Numbered from the whole stretch's first letter, positions 1 through 14,001 are shown. The stretch is DNA of 62,248 bases, filler included, from Trichosphaerium sp. ATCC 40318 (GCA_038496445.1; 3 parts of 3 records of this genome joined end to end with filler, not necessarily neighbours in it), one strand, 5' to 3'. Notes: generated by a model from the letters alone, not told the origin. Translations and numbers: made by a program.

Positions 1-2312
1 GGAGGCCAGTATAAAGGAAGAGGTCTTACCCTTGGTGGCATAACAATGCCTGAACCTACACTTGATTTGTTCACAGGGTATATTATGATATACAACACAA
101 CAGCAACCGAACCTAAGGTAGTACCTGATACACAAGGTGATCGTACCCTTGTTGGTACAGCATGTGGCGGAGAAAATGTAACAAGCGACTTTGAGCGAGG
201 CGGAAGCATGTTTATCACGTTAAGTAAGTAACGACACAAAGTCAAACAAAATACTCATATTTTCTTTTGTTTAGAAGTCAACTCGCGTTGTATTGGAACA
301 CCTAACGCTATAGCGTCTCAAGGATCTTCAACTGTGCCTCTAGCAATTGCAGTGATATCAACATGTCCAGAAGGTACAGTGAAACGAGCGTGTATCTAAT
401 ACTGATTCTCCTTTCCATAGATACTTGTATGCGTATCAATGTTGATAGAGATTTGTTTGTGGAAGGAGAACATGTTGTCACAATCAACTTTAATTTTGCT
501 AACAAGCGTTCTATCGAGCAGACTTCTTCAGTGTCATTTAATATAACCATTATACCCGATACTCCTGAACCCACACCTGAGCCAACACAAGCCCTTGTTA
601 TACAAGATGGCAATCCTAGTGGGTGTACGTCTTTTACAAAACTGTTTTTTTTACTTTTCAAAGAATTGTAAGGATTCATGCTGACAGTTACTGTCTTGTA
701 GTCTCAGATTGGTGGATCATTGCTGTAGTTGCAGTGATACTTATTATTATCATAGCTGCAATTGTAGCTATAGTCCTTTTCGTAAAAAGAAAGAACAATG
801 AATATGCTGAAAAGCAGCATATTGGTGCAATTAAATCAAATGAAGGCACTACGAGTCATGACGATGATATTGATGACACGTATCTTCCAATAATGGGAAG
901 AGCCAGATTAAAAACTGGTGGCGATAACGAAAAATTACCTACAGTTAAACTTGGGTACAAAGATGACGGTGGTGGAGGTAAGCACAAATTAAATGTAAAT
1001 AAACTTGAACTAATTTTTTTCTACAGGTGTATTGATTCGTGCAGCAGAGCTTGACTTGGTCAAAGAAATAGGTGCGTTGCGTGATGGTTTTTTATCCTCA
1101 GTATCCATTTTGTTTCTTATTGTGCTTTGTGTAGGCAAGGGATCGTTTGGTAGTGTATGGAAGGGCATTTATTTGAAGGATAATAGAAGTGTTGCAATTA
1201 AAGTAAATCATAACCTTCAAGGTGAACATCTTGCCACGTTCTTACAAGAAGTATGTCAATGCATGAAATATTTGTCAAATTCTGTAAAACAACCTCTGTT
1301 GATACATCTATTTTTAAGGTTGAAATAATGACTAATATCCCAACACATCCAAATGTTGTTCAAATTATTGGTACGCTTTTTTTTTTGTTAGCAGCTCCTG
1401 CTCTCGTTGTTTTTCGTTTCTAAAGTACTCAAGGTTTCTGCTTGAACCAAGGACGTCCGATGCTTGTAATGGACTTTATGACGAACGGAACCCTTCGTCA
1501 ATACTTCCTTGCCCAGGATAGCGCTCTTGGAGAAAATGAATTAAAACATTTTACATATGGCATCATTAAAGGAATGATGTTTCTTCATTCTCATAATATT
1601 GTTCACCGTGATCTCTCTTGTAGAAACGTACGTTGATTATATTACTTTTAAAATGTAGTACTTACTCTTTATTTGTAGATATTGGTACGCAACTCATCAA
1701 AAAAGCCTACAAAGAAATGAGCATTTTACTAACTTTTGTTCTAAAAATAGCTTGATGACAAGAACACGATCAAGATAAGCGATTTTGGTATGTCAAGAAA
1801 CTTTGATAATACTGAAGAAAAGGCACAACAAACTGCTATGGAAGTAGGTCCTGTGAGGTATGACAGAAATCAGTTAATCCAAAACAAACCCAACAAGAAA
1901 CTAACTTTTTTTCGCTAGATGGATGGCTCCAGAGAACTTTTCTTTTGTTTATGAGCCAGCATCTGATGTATGGTCTTTTGGTATTGTAGTATGGGAACTC
2001 ACACATCGTGCTACACCTCATAAAGATACACCATTATTAGAGCTATGTTATGATATAAAGGCTGGTAAGATACCAGATATTAACCCCACAACTCCACAAG
2101 TATACGCAGACTTGATGTTAAGTTGTTGGCAATTTACTGCAAAAGATAGACCAACTTTTGCTCAATTGGCAACCTCCATTGGCTCAGCTTCAGTCACAGA
2201 TACCATTGATAGTCCAACATCCAACTATACTGATGAGCCACCTGATAGCCAATATACGCTAATGACACCAACACAAGAGGATAGCAAACAAATGAAGGAT
2301 AGCAAAGCATAG
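1..2312 (+). CDS. Receptor-type tyrosine-kinase-like protein kinase, multi-exon, 5' end outside window
   Basis: Spliced exons give a TM helix (WWIIAVVAVILIIIIAAIVAIVLFVKRK), then GKGSFGSVW, VAIK, HRDLSCRN-IL-LDD, DFGMSR, GPVRWMAPE, SDVWSFG and RPTF motifs. Stop TAG at 2310-2312. Confidence 0.9.
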
Positions 2313-2686
2313 CCAAAAAAAAACTAAAAAAAATGTACAAGTAACAAAAAGAGAAATCCAACTTAATAAACAACAATTGATTTGCTAAAACAGTAAACAC
2401 TCAATCATTAGTCACGTGACTTCAGACTACCTTTAGTAACACTGGGTGACGCAGAATGTCAAAGAAAAGTGCTCTAGCCTTTGTGCAGCTCTAAACACTA
2501 AGAGCACTTAATTTAGCAATTCTACCTTAATGTCTTCACGTGCTTACCTTAAACCAAACGCCTCAAGCAAGCTTTCAAGTACGCCCGCACAACTGTCAAG
2601 CGCCATTATAAAATAATATCAACACCATGACTAAAAGAATTGCGTAAGTTTAAACGTTATTTTTACCAATAACCCACCATTTTTCC

Positions 2687-4480
2687 ATGCCCTGTTTGAT
2701 ACTCACGCTCTTTAGTGCGCATCTAAGATCTTCTCATACTGATTTACTCGGTTTACCACGTGAAATACTTGTACGTTCTCATAGCATACCTCAAACGCTT
2801 TAAAACACATGAAAACACTGCTGACGTGCTTATAGGTGGAAATCAGTAGGTACGATAAACATACCTTCACGACCATCCATTCTCTGTCTAAACGAGCGGC
2901 TGTTTACACTTACTTTACGGAGTACGTAGTTATACACTTTTTACATTCAACACGTGACTCCGACATTTGCTGGTGCTAATTTTGTTTGTCGAACAAGGAA
3001 CCTGAGCAAACGTGGGTTATGGCATAGCTGGTACAAGAGTGGTCGTATAAAGAAAACGTGTTACTTCAAGGATGGTAAACGAGATGGATCATTTATGTCA
3101 TATTACGAAAATGGCCAATTGAAGCAGAAAAGTCACAACAAAAATGACAAGACATTTGGTCTACTTCAAATGTGGCACAAAAATGGTGAATTAATGTCCA
3201 CTGGCACTTTCAATGATAATGGAAAGCCAGAGGGAAAGATAGAAGTGTGGTATTCTAATGGTAATTCAAAAAAGAGCGCTTATTACAAGGACGGAAAACC
3301 TGAAGGAGAGTACAGAGAGTGGTTTGCACACGGACAGTTAATGTTGAGTTGTGTCGTAAAGGAAGGTGAAAAACATGGTGAAAGAAAGATATGGTTTGAT
3401 AACGGACAACTAAAGGAGCATGACATGTGGGTTAATGGAAAGCATGGCGAAAGTAAAGAATGGTACGAGGATGGTCAATTATCTAAGCATTATAATTACA
3501 AGGATGGTAAGAAGGATGGAGAGTGTAAGAAATGGAGTATAGAAGGTTTATATTTCAGTGGTAGGTATAAGGACGGAGAAGGACAGGGTGAACATACAAG
3601 ATGGTGTGGTAATGAAATTAGTGAATAGATTGTGTATGGAAAGACAAGTACTGGTCATGTATCAGTTACAGTACATGGGTATAGGTTTGGCCTTCTGACA
3701 AGCTCTACTTGTTATAAGCAGTATAAGGATGATGATGAAGCCATTAAAAACAATACTCATGGGCATATAAAGAAGCACTGGAGGCGTAAAAAATTTGAAG
3801 TAAAACATGGAGAGTTTAGAAAGTATAAGTATGATGGCACAATCAGCTCCCATTATTATGAAGATGGTGTTAAGCAAGGTGAAAGCAAAAAGTGGTTTAG
3901 AAATGGTCAATTAAAGTCTACAGTTTTTATCAAAGGTGGTAAGGAGGAAGGAGAGTATAAATCATTTTATGATGATGGTAAACAAGAAAAACAATTTTAT
4001 TTCAAAGAAGGTGTTAAGGAAGGGGAGTATAAAGGATGGAATGATGAAGGATGTTTGATTAGGCTTTGTTTTTACAAGGAAGGTTCTCTTGATGGTGAGT
4101 ATCATGCGTGGCATTGTAAAGGTGTTTATAGTATACATTGCTTTTATAAAGAAGGGATGAATGTTGGTAAGTATCAGAGATGGAATGATAAAGGTGTTTT
4201 AGTTAAAGATTGCTTTTACAATGAAGATGGGAAAAAAGATGGAGATTATTAAAATTGGGATGATTCTGGCGAGTTAGCAAAGTCTTGTTTTTATAAGAAT
4301 GGTTATGTACATGGGTTTTTTATGTCTAAGAATGATGAGAATGTTGTATATAAGAGCTATGATAATGGTGTTGAGATAAGTTATAAGAAGATATAAGAAG
4401 ACAATATTGCAATTAAAGAAGAGAATTTAAAGCTTACAGAAGAGATAAGGTTGTTATTATTAAATCAGAATGAAGAATAA
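2687..4480 (+). pseudogene. F-box-like + MORN-variant (YwqK-like) repeat protein with in-frame stops
   Basis: Exon 1 DLLGLPREIL (F-box-like). GT-AG introns 2771-2835 and 2922-2997 join it in frame to repeated 'GEYREWFxxGQL' units. The same frame continues through TAG 3626, TAA 4250 and TAA 4394. Confidence 0.7.
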
Positions 4481-5055
4481 GGTTTATGAAACTGATTTAG
4501 TTATTATAATTGACACGTTCTCAGGGTAATATATCTTTGGTGAATGTAAAAAACGTGCTAGTACGTAGGAATAAAGTTGTAAATAAATTGTTAACTAGTT
4601 ACTAGTAAGTAAGATTTTTTTAAGTGTTTTTTCCATCTAATAATAGGATGTTAATTGGTCATAAGACCATAACTAGACATGTAAAAACAACGTTATCAGT
4701 ATAGTGGGTGTTTTAAATTAAAAAAGAAGAACGGTCGTTGGTTGTTATCTACAATATGGTACACTTTTTTTACTGTTATTTTTTTCTTTCTTTCTTCAGA
4801 AGTTTTTGTTTTTTGTTGTTCTTAAATAGTAGTTATCGATTTCTTCTTGACTCCAAATGGTTATTTGATGATCGACCTTATAAATTACGTGAGTACATAG
4901 GTTTGAATGTAATCATTTGAGACATAACGCAATGGTTTTGTTCATTTTTTTTTTTTTTTTTCTATTTACACAAGTTTTTCTTGTTTTTTTTCTCAAAATG
5001 TGTGACCGTGAGACTTGGTTAAAAAAATCGTCTCTTTTGGTGCCAACACAAGTAT

Positions 5056-8025
5056 TTAGTCTATAGATTCAAACATACGACCTATGCCTCCTGGAGGTAT
5101 TGTACGAAGGTGTTCTTCATGTAAACATGAAATATTTTCAAGCACTAAAAAAAAACGTGTCAACAGGTTTGTATACAAAACAAACGTTTATGAGTCGTAC
5201 AGTTTTCTATCGTTGGCCTATACTCTGCATTGTAGTTTAAACATGCTGACAGCATCCTTGAAACTTCTGGCATAGATCCTGGAAGCGGTAACTGTAGGGT
5301 ACGATGGAATACTTCAACAGGAATACTCGACTCACTAAACAGCTGTAAGACTTAGCGAGCACGTGATAACTATCTTAGAATATTGACTTTGCATTCTTAT
5401 TGGCTCAACTAATAAAGAGACAACCCACATCAACAGTTTGAGAGTAGCAAACTACAGAATACTTACGCTTTTATCCAGTAATAAGGTTTGTGACGGTAGA
5501 ACATCTCCCATAATAATACACCAAACCTAAGGGTACAAATAAGAATAAAATGCCCGTATGGATCTTATGATGTCGTACATCCATATGTCGCTTTTTCTAC
5601 TATAAATACGCTTGCCATCTTTTTGAGGCATTATTGTCTAGTAAAAACGAATCAGAAAATATTTGAACACTGTTGAGCGTACCTCAGGTGCCATCCATCT
5701 ACATGGACCAACAGATTGCTAAGTACATGTTTAGAACAAAAGAAAAACTGAACAAACTCTTACTTTTGTAGCACTCTGCTCCCGCACGCCTATTATTCGT
5801 GCATAGCCAAAGTCTATGCAAAAAATCTTAGCCTTTTTTTTTATTTGTTGAAAAAATAGTTCATGTACCTGTTATTTTAACTTGGTAATCACGTGTCAAT
5901 AAAATATTCCTTGCAGCAATCTAATTAAAAATTAATTGGTTAAGACAATAAATCACATCAAACTAGTACGTCTCTGTGTACAACGCCTAAAACGATGTCA
6001 GAAAATTAAAAGTAATTAAATTCTCACGTACCTTCAGTATGCAAGTGTAATAAACCAGCTGCAGCGCCACGCATTATCTATAAAAATAAATCAATGACAT
6101 GAACGGATTAATATAATGTGTGGTTAGAAGTGTACCCGTAATGTAATCTTTGGATGCAAAGTGAATTTTTTATCATGAAGTTTTGAAAATAAATCTCCGC
6201 CTCGAATAAGTTCCATGACAACACAAAGAGGTTGTTTTGTAATACCCAAAAACTATATAACTTAGCACAAGTATAAATATAGGAGAATCGACTTACAGTA
6301 GTTATATTTGGATGAGGCCTTATTCCAGATAATTTTTTGGCTTCGGCATAAAATTCCAATAACTCTTTTTGGTTTATTCCACCTAGTTTAAGTTGCTTCA
6401 TAGCTACCTTGAATACAAAATATCAAAAAATAAAAAGTCACGTGACGATTGAAATTTAAATATAAACAAACTTACTTTAGCTCCTCTCCATGTTGCTTCA
6501 CAAACAACACCATACCCACCAGACCCAAGAATATTCTCTATTTTTACTTCATTATATTCAAGAAACCATGTCTTCATTTGTTGCTCTGATTTTGATTTTT
6601 GCTTTTGATTAGTGAACTACATTATGAAACAATTAATTAGAAAATATATTCTAAATCACGTGATAATCCACGTGGCTAAATCTATACGTACCTGATACTT
6701 CAAACTTCGGTTTTCTTTTTCAAGAGTTTTTATTTTGTCTTCCATCTCTTTTACAGTCCTTCGAAGCTCTGCAATCTTGTCATTTGCGTCTCTTAGGTTT
6801 CTACCGAGTCCCTTTGTAACTAAACGTAAAGTATCTTTTGTCATAGTATCTAATAAGGGCAGTATGAATACCAGCTTCACATTGATAAGTTGTATCTATT
6901 TTGGGAAAAAAGTTGTACCTCCAGAACTTCTTCCATTTGGCTTACTCCTCGTTGGTCGCTGTTGTCGGGGAGAAACCTCATCTATATCTATTGTTGCTGC
7001 TCTGCTTTTTCTATGCTTCGTAGCACTTCGTTTCTTTTTTGTAAAGAGCGAGAAGTTACGCTTATCTTTTCGAGAACCTTTTCTTTTTCTTCGTTTTCCA
7101 GTAGCCGACGAACTTCTCCTTACTTTCTCTGGTGCGCTGGCAGATCCTTGAGTGAAAATTTGTTTACGTAGATTTTTTCGTTCCTCCACTGGGCTAGAAG
7201 GAGGCTCTGGAAGCTCTGAGAAACACAACAAATCAGCGAAAAAAAAATTCGAAAAAAAAATCACGTGCCTGCAGGCTTTTGCAAGAACGTCTCCTTTCCT
7301 TCACCAGATTCAGACGCTTCTGGATCTCGTCTAAGTCTTTGTTGAGTTGGTTTCCAACTAGATCCAGGATTGCCTTGCTTACTTACAACAGGTGTAGTTG
7401 TAGCATCATCTGCCACCGTGGATGGAGGCATACGAGGTGGTGGAGCAGTCCTTGGTGGTCTTGATGCTACCACTCGTATTGGCGTATCGTTAAGCGGTGA
7501 ACTACGCCTGGTTTCTCTTTGGAATGCAGGTTTGCTTCTTTTAATCACTGGTGCGCTTCTTTGTTGTACAAGCGAAGGTATTCTACGCGGTGGTACAGCT
7601 GGAGGTCTTCGAGCACCAACTGTTGGTGTACCAGGCCGATTATTAGTTTTAATTGGCTCTTTCACAAGGTGAGATACTCCAGGTCGCGGTCTAGGCCTTG
7701 GTGGAGTGCTATGGCTGTTCCTTCTTGTTCTTTGTGCCATTAAAAATTTTGTAGCTTTCGTTATGTCACCACCATGTGACTAATCACGTTTTTAGTACTG
7801 AAATTTCATGTGTTTGAGCACAACTTGTTTTTGTAATTTGGGTTTTTTTTTTCACCAAAACCCCGAGATTGTCCTAGAGCATCTTTATATACTTACCACA
7901 AGTGCTTTCCGCACTTCGATCTCAGAAAACCCTACTTCAATTAATTTCTGCCTGAGTGTTTTCGTCATGCGATCCATTCGCGTTTCAGGGTCCGACATTG
8001 CGCCGGTAGTTCCCCTGAAGGCCAT
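5056..8025 (-). CDS. UBA-domain / Pro-rich / coiled-coil tyrosine-kinase-like kinase
   Basis: Spliced N-terminus LIEVGFSEIEVRKALV|SHGGDITKATKFLM (UBA-like), Pro/Arg-rich linker, coiled coil, then VAMK, HRD|IAARN, DFGYAR, GPCRWMAPE and SDIW motifs over many short exons. Confidence 0.85.
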
Positions 8026-9121
8026 GGTAGAAGAATATATAGTAAGGGAGGTCAAGGAGGGTATTTTGTGCGTTACAACTAATAATAAACAAATTCTTGA
8101 GATCTCATAAAAAAGATCACTTAAAAAGAGGTTTTTTGGACATGTGTTGAAGCATGGTATCCTTAAAGCGGGTAAGAAAATATGATGCGTTATCACGTGG
8201 GTTTCAAGCGGTACTACCTTAAAAAAAAAGCATGAAAAAAAAATGGTATTTTAGGCAGGTGTACCTGTGTAAGACCTACACGTTAGTATTGTATTCACAA
8301 CATAAGAGCGAACCAGTTGGGCCGGAGAAAGGTAATTCAGTATTACCACTAGCTGGTATTTCTACTATCAACCAATCGGTGTCAATGGAAAGAAAGTTTG
8401 GTACACTACGATAACACGATTTGCTTAGGAGTTTGCTATTTATGATCAACCTTAAGCCTAATATGACTTGTCATCTATAAATAACTTCGCTAAAAGTTCA
8501 TTGACCTTGCTACTAGTGGAGGAATAGAACACAGAGAAGGACAATTACGCGAAGGCTACTTTTTTTATTAGTGCAATGTCAATAAGTTAATTACAACGTT
8601 ATCCTCGTTGGAGGTACAACACGTAAGCCTTGAGTGAACAGCTTTATTAGAACGTTTTAGCGTATATGATGCAATCAATAAAGGTGGTTTATTTCCAGTG
8701 ATTACAGGTTCTACACTTGTTCCCAGAACGAACCTGCACATAATGGGTCAAACATTCTGGAGTTGAAACAGAAGTTTGAGCAAACACGGCTAACACAATT
8801 TGAAGCAAAGATACACGAGTTTTGTGAAAGTACGAAGCATCTGAGTTGACTACATGTTTGTTGTACAGGTTTTGTTGGAGAGTCAGTTTGTGCTTGAACA
8901 ATGATTGTAGAAAGGGTTGGGTCCAGAGAAATTACTGTTTTTTTGTTTTATAGTTGGATATCAATCTCAGCTAGGAGATGCACAGGTTTCTGGAACGTTC
9001 CAGAATTCCAGACGGTAGACAGCATTAAAAACAAACAATCAACTTACATGCATGAAAGGTGGTTTGACAGGTTATTGTTAACAGCAAATTACGTAAAGAA
9101 ATGACCATGTTATTTTCACCA

Positions 9122-10087
9122 CTACAATTCAACCACATTGTTTAAAGATTTTATACAATCAATTGTAATCCCTCCACAGCGTTTTACCAAAATAGTATGA
9201 ACACCACCTAACGCTTTAATAGCTTCATCTGTAACAAAGTGACAACGGCTTAAATAAATAGTGTGAACTCCTGTCAACGCCTTTATACCATCATCTGAGA
9301 CCCTTAAGCAAAAATTGAGTCCAACCCAATGAACACTAGCCAATGCTTTAATGCCTGTATTTGTAACTACTGATCCATCGAGACAGATGGTGTGAACGTC
9401 ACACAATGCTTTAATTCCCTCATCTGTAACATGTTTACAATAGCTTAAACTTATAGTATGGACACCAGCCAATGATTTAATTCCTTCATCCGTTATACAT
9501 GTACAATTACTGATATCTATTTCATGAACGCCAACCAACGCCTTAATACCTTTGTTTGTAATGTCCAATCTATTCAAATAGATAGTATGAATACCAGCCA
9601 GAGCTTGAATACCTTCATCTGTAACAGCTGCGCCATTTAAAATGATTTTATGTATTCCAGCGAGTTGTTTAAGGTGTTCATCAGTAACCGAATAACAATC
9701 AGTAAAGTCAATAGTATCAATACCTTCTAACTTTTCAAAATTAACTTTTTTGTCCAAACCGCTACCAAAATATTTATTGTTTACGTTCTCTATCTTCAAA
9801 GAACGAACACCATTTAGATACTTAAAGTGCTTTTGTTTCAGCATAAACCCAAGAATTATCATATTCGAAGAATTCTTAAAAACATGGCGCTTTCTTGTAT
9901 AATTTCTTCAGCTGTTTTTTCTTTCAATGAAGATTTTTCTCCTGTATCCAAAGTATTGTGTAGTTATAATAGCTAAATTTGTGCATGTATGGGCTACTGA
10001 ACGTATACAATAATAAGAAGGGAATTGTAACACGTGTACAATAATCTCAATAGGTATCTCATCAAAGAATGCGCTGTTTGAGTTCAT
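9122..10087 (-). pseudogene. Intronless F-box + leucine-rich repeat protein with one in-frame TGA
   Basis: ATG 10087 MNSNSAFFDEIPIEIIVHVLQF (F-box-like) is in the same frame as LRR ORF 9122-9862 (repeats 'GVHTIxLSxCxxVTDEGIKAL'). They are separated by a single TGA at 9908-9910. Confidence 0.7.
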
Positions 10088-10459
10088 TTAGTTTTGTTCA
10101 GTATTTACTGTTTGATACAGTTATATTGAGAGGGCTAGAACCAGCTTAGCTCGAATCCTACCCGTGTTTTTTAGCTATCACGTAATACGACCCAGATTGA
10201 CTGCTCTATTTCGACAAAGACCTCTCATAGTAGTAGGGAATACCCTTCAAGTAAGTATGAAAACGTGAAGAGGCAACTTGTGGGAAGCACAATAAACAAC
10301 TTTTAGATAACTCTTTTACGGTGAGTCTTCGCTTGATTCTTGACAATACATCAATTTAAAGTACCCAAATCACAAAAAGCATCCACAGGATATGGTGGAG
10401 AAATTGAAGAACGTAGCTAGAAGTAGAAGACATTGTAAAAAAAAGTGCTTTGTTGCCAT

Positions 10460-12980
10460 GTAATAATTTATTTTGTTTTTGTAACTAAATCTATGGTTTT
10501 CTGTTCTATTCATTCGTCATTTGTGATGGAACACTAAATGTGTCAGCGACTTATTTATGTTCAATACATGTTAAAAGTTAACTTAGCTTAAAATAGACAC
10601 AATGTTACGTACGGCTTTATGTATAGAGTTCTACTGAAACCACCATAAGATTTATTACCTGATAACATACTTACATATTTTCTGTCATGCTGAAACCTGT
10701 ACAGGACATCAAAAAGCACCTTCCTAGATGCTAGCTCTTTTGTGAAAGTCAGAAAATTTCGGATTGTGCTGTATCTTCTGTTTGGCACGTTAGTATCACA
10801 ACTGTAATGAACTGAAAGACGCACAGTATAAACCCTTCAACGTAAATTTCACCACCACCCCCAATCTCATAGCACTGTTCAACAGTTTCAATACCACAAG
10901 CACATGACATAGCGTGCAAGTGAGATTCAGAACGTAAGGTGTCTATTGATACAATATTACCCATTTGTAACATGTCAGCAAGTATCGTGCAAAGAAGTGT
11001 GGAAGCTTCGGTGCATATTCACGTGCCAAATCAGGCAGCGATGAGGCATCTATTAGTAGCTTTCATAAGTGATTTCTGTTAGAACAAAATACGCACGAGC
11101 AATGAGCCACAAGTCACAGGATTGTAGATGAACTTTTTTTGCAATGAGCATAAATACACTTCTAGGAAGTTTCATAGGTCCGTCAGTCACTGATATTAAT
11201 TTTTTCTTAGAGCCTATCAGCTTTACAATACGATCAGAAACAGATTTTCTAGCTATAACCGAGGGTAGCAGGTAATTACACAACGCCACTGAATCAGAAA
11301 TATCAAATTTACAACCAAGAAAGACTTGTTCTTGTGCATCTTCTTTAACAAACTGTAAAAGTCAGAGGAAAGGTTTTACTTGGCAATGTTCGTACATGGC
11401 CTAATCTAATGAGTACACCTATGATTGTCTCCACTGAAGTGATTTTAAGTATGTCTTCAAGGGAGGATGTAGATAGATACTCAAGAACTAACAGAAGAGA
11501 ATCTTGTGTTTCGCCTTCAAGTAGTACAAGCTGATAAGTACTATCATCATTCTTAAACTTTGTGAACTGATTTTTTAAGTATCTGGCCAAAGTCAGCTTT
11601 ACTTTTTTTAGAGCAACGTACTCGCAGTTTTTACTCAGTAAGCACTTTGACCCTCTAAGTGTAAGTACAGGATCTGTATTGTAAAAGACAACAAAAGTGA
11701 CATCATAAAATGTAACATCTCCTCCTGTCAAACATTTCTCTTTTACATCAACGTCGCCTATCCTAAAACATCATTAGTAGGCACTGTAGGTTACAATCTA
11801 GAACATACATTAGTCGTTGCTTCTGTAGCTCAATGTTTGGTTTGAATTTAACAATGCTATTTCTGGGATTGCCCCGTTTGTGACCTTGCATTACTACCCA
11901 AACAAATTCGAGATTACCTTTACTTAAGTGCCTTGATCCGTTACTTTCAGCAACACTGTGAGCCAGTTTAAAGATATTGAGAATAGCATTACAAGTCAAG
12001 GTGTTGCAAAGCTTTAACGCATTCAAAGAGATTTTGTAGCCCAGATTACTAACATAGGATAAAAGCGCCAGCAAATGAAATTCTTTGATACTATGTTTCT
12101 GTTTCTAAAGGAATTTGTCAGCTCGGGCAAGGGCTTGTTGTCAACAACGCACAATTGATTTTCCAAGAGAATTATATTCTTTGATATTGATGCTCTTTTC
12201 TTTGAGGAGACTCACCCTAGTTACTTCAGATTGGAAGTAGTTGGTGGGCTCTAAGGTAACACCTGCTTCAGGAAATGATGCTGGAGATTCTTGTACAAGT
12301 TGGTTGTATACAGCTACAACAGATGAATCTTGAATAACTAAACTCTGTTGGTCAGTTGGTTGTTGATGTTCCAAAGCCCGGAATAGTATCCTAGTACATA
12401 ATAATTGGTACAAGTGTTTATAATGACAGACGCACATAGATAAGACAGTTACAGTAATGTCACGTGCATATTCAAAGAAGCCAGGAAGTGTACTTTTAGC
12501 TTTCACTTGAGTTACAAGCTGTTGAAGCCCCAAGTTTAACCAACGCTCTGGATTTGTTGAACAGCTTGAAAATATATCTTGGCAGGCTAACGTGTGTTCC
12601 AGGAATTTACTTGCTTCACTCCAATGGTTTATATAGCTCTTGCTGTGAGCAAATAGAGCGAGTTCGTTTTGGCTGTGGATAGTTTTTGGTACAAAAGGGA
12701 GAGGAACTCGCTTTTCTCTTGAAAGGCGCTGTAGATCCTCTACTTGGTTCTTCAGGTACTCTTGCCATTCGAAATTATCGTGTACACGTTGTTTGCATAG
12801 TGTTGACAACGAAGAGAAGTAAATGAGGCTTTTTGGAGGTAACTGAGATAGAATCGTATTAAAACAACGTGTTGGAAGCGTTTCGAATAAGTTAGTGTAA
12901 ATATCCTCCCAACTGGAGTCTGCACGGTATTAAACAAAGGAGGCGTTATAACAACGTACTGTGGTGCTTTTCCATCCTAA
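10460..12980 (-). CDS. BTB/POZ-domain-containing protein, multi-exon, boundaries approximate
   Basis: FYDVTFVV...LRGSKCLLSKNCEY...SLLLVLEYL resembles a BTB core; run of adjacent minus-strand ORFs with splice signals. Confidence 0.5.
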
Positions 12981-13108
12981 GCAAAGACTTCAAATAAGAA
13001 CTCTCTCGGAGAAATAAGTCTTCTCTGACTTATTTAAATCGTTGCTCACGTGCATCAACTCTGTAAGATATTAATTATCAAGCGACAAAAAAGTCTCTCA
13101 GAGAATTT

Positions 13109-13814
13109 ATGCGATTACAAAAAACAGCACAGAACCACATCAACGTGGCAACTCTCTTGAAGAAGATAAAGGCTATCAAGAAAGTAAATGACGAGATTAT
13201 TAAAGCTATCAACATTCCGTACAGAAAAGATAAGGAGATCATAATAGGGTTGTGCTTGTTTACTTTTAACACGTTACTAACACTTTATTGTTGTAGCTAT
13301 TCATACGTTGTAGAACCTAGTGAGACAGTAGCGATGTTTCGCGTAAGGACTCGGAGAAGGAGAATAGGAAGTAGGAGCATAGTTTTGTGTTGGAATACAA
13401 ACAATACTCTCGAAAAAGTAGACGACTTGTTCAACGATAAAATCAATTGGGAGTGCAAGTCCTTTAGTCAAATATGCACTCTTAATGCAGTAATCCTTAA
13501 AGTGGCTAACAAATATGAGATGTTTGGTGATACCAAGCCAGCAATCGAGAATTTGAAGAAGTTTTTGTACGCTTTTTTTATTTGTGGTAAACATTGCTCG
13601 CTAAAATCACGTGTTGTATAGGAATAACTATGAACTGCTACAATGCCATTTAGGCGGAATTCAGACCTCTATTACCAACGTCAAGGAAGACGAAGAAATG
13701 ATTGTAATGCTAAATTGCAATATTTATCAAATCAACAAATCTATTACATCTGTAAACAATTTATCACGTGATGTTACTGTAAACTTGAAGCCCTCACTGT
13801 GTTCAATTCTTTAA
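13109..13814 (+). CDS. Hypothetical protein (about 3 exons)
   Basis: Two adjoining ORFs with plausible GT-AG introns; no recognised motif. Confidence 0.35.
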
Positions 13815-14001
13815 CAAAGTTCGCTTACAACCACTACTTCATTGCTGTATGAATGACTTCAGGTGTCGCTGAGGGCGACAACATAATAGTCTGTTACTGA
13901 CTCGGTCTTAAGTCGAGTTGAGCTGAACCGTTAACGGTGCTAACATATTAATTAATACAAGACAATAAACAAAGATAATTTAACATCTGAGCTTCAGTAT
14001 T

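Noticed and set aside
6735-7743. Several + strand ORFs antisense to the kinase
   Set aside because: Shadow ORFs of a low-complexity, relatively GC-rich coding region.
2687-10087. Alternative nuclear genetic code explaining the in-frame stops
   Set aside because: Conserved genes end at TAA (ATG12), TAG (RAB5IF) and TGA (ARF), and their exons lack internal stops.
13860-13940. Three small hairpins between convergent genes
   Set aside because: Short, with no recognisable box or SECIS geometry; could be chance.
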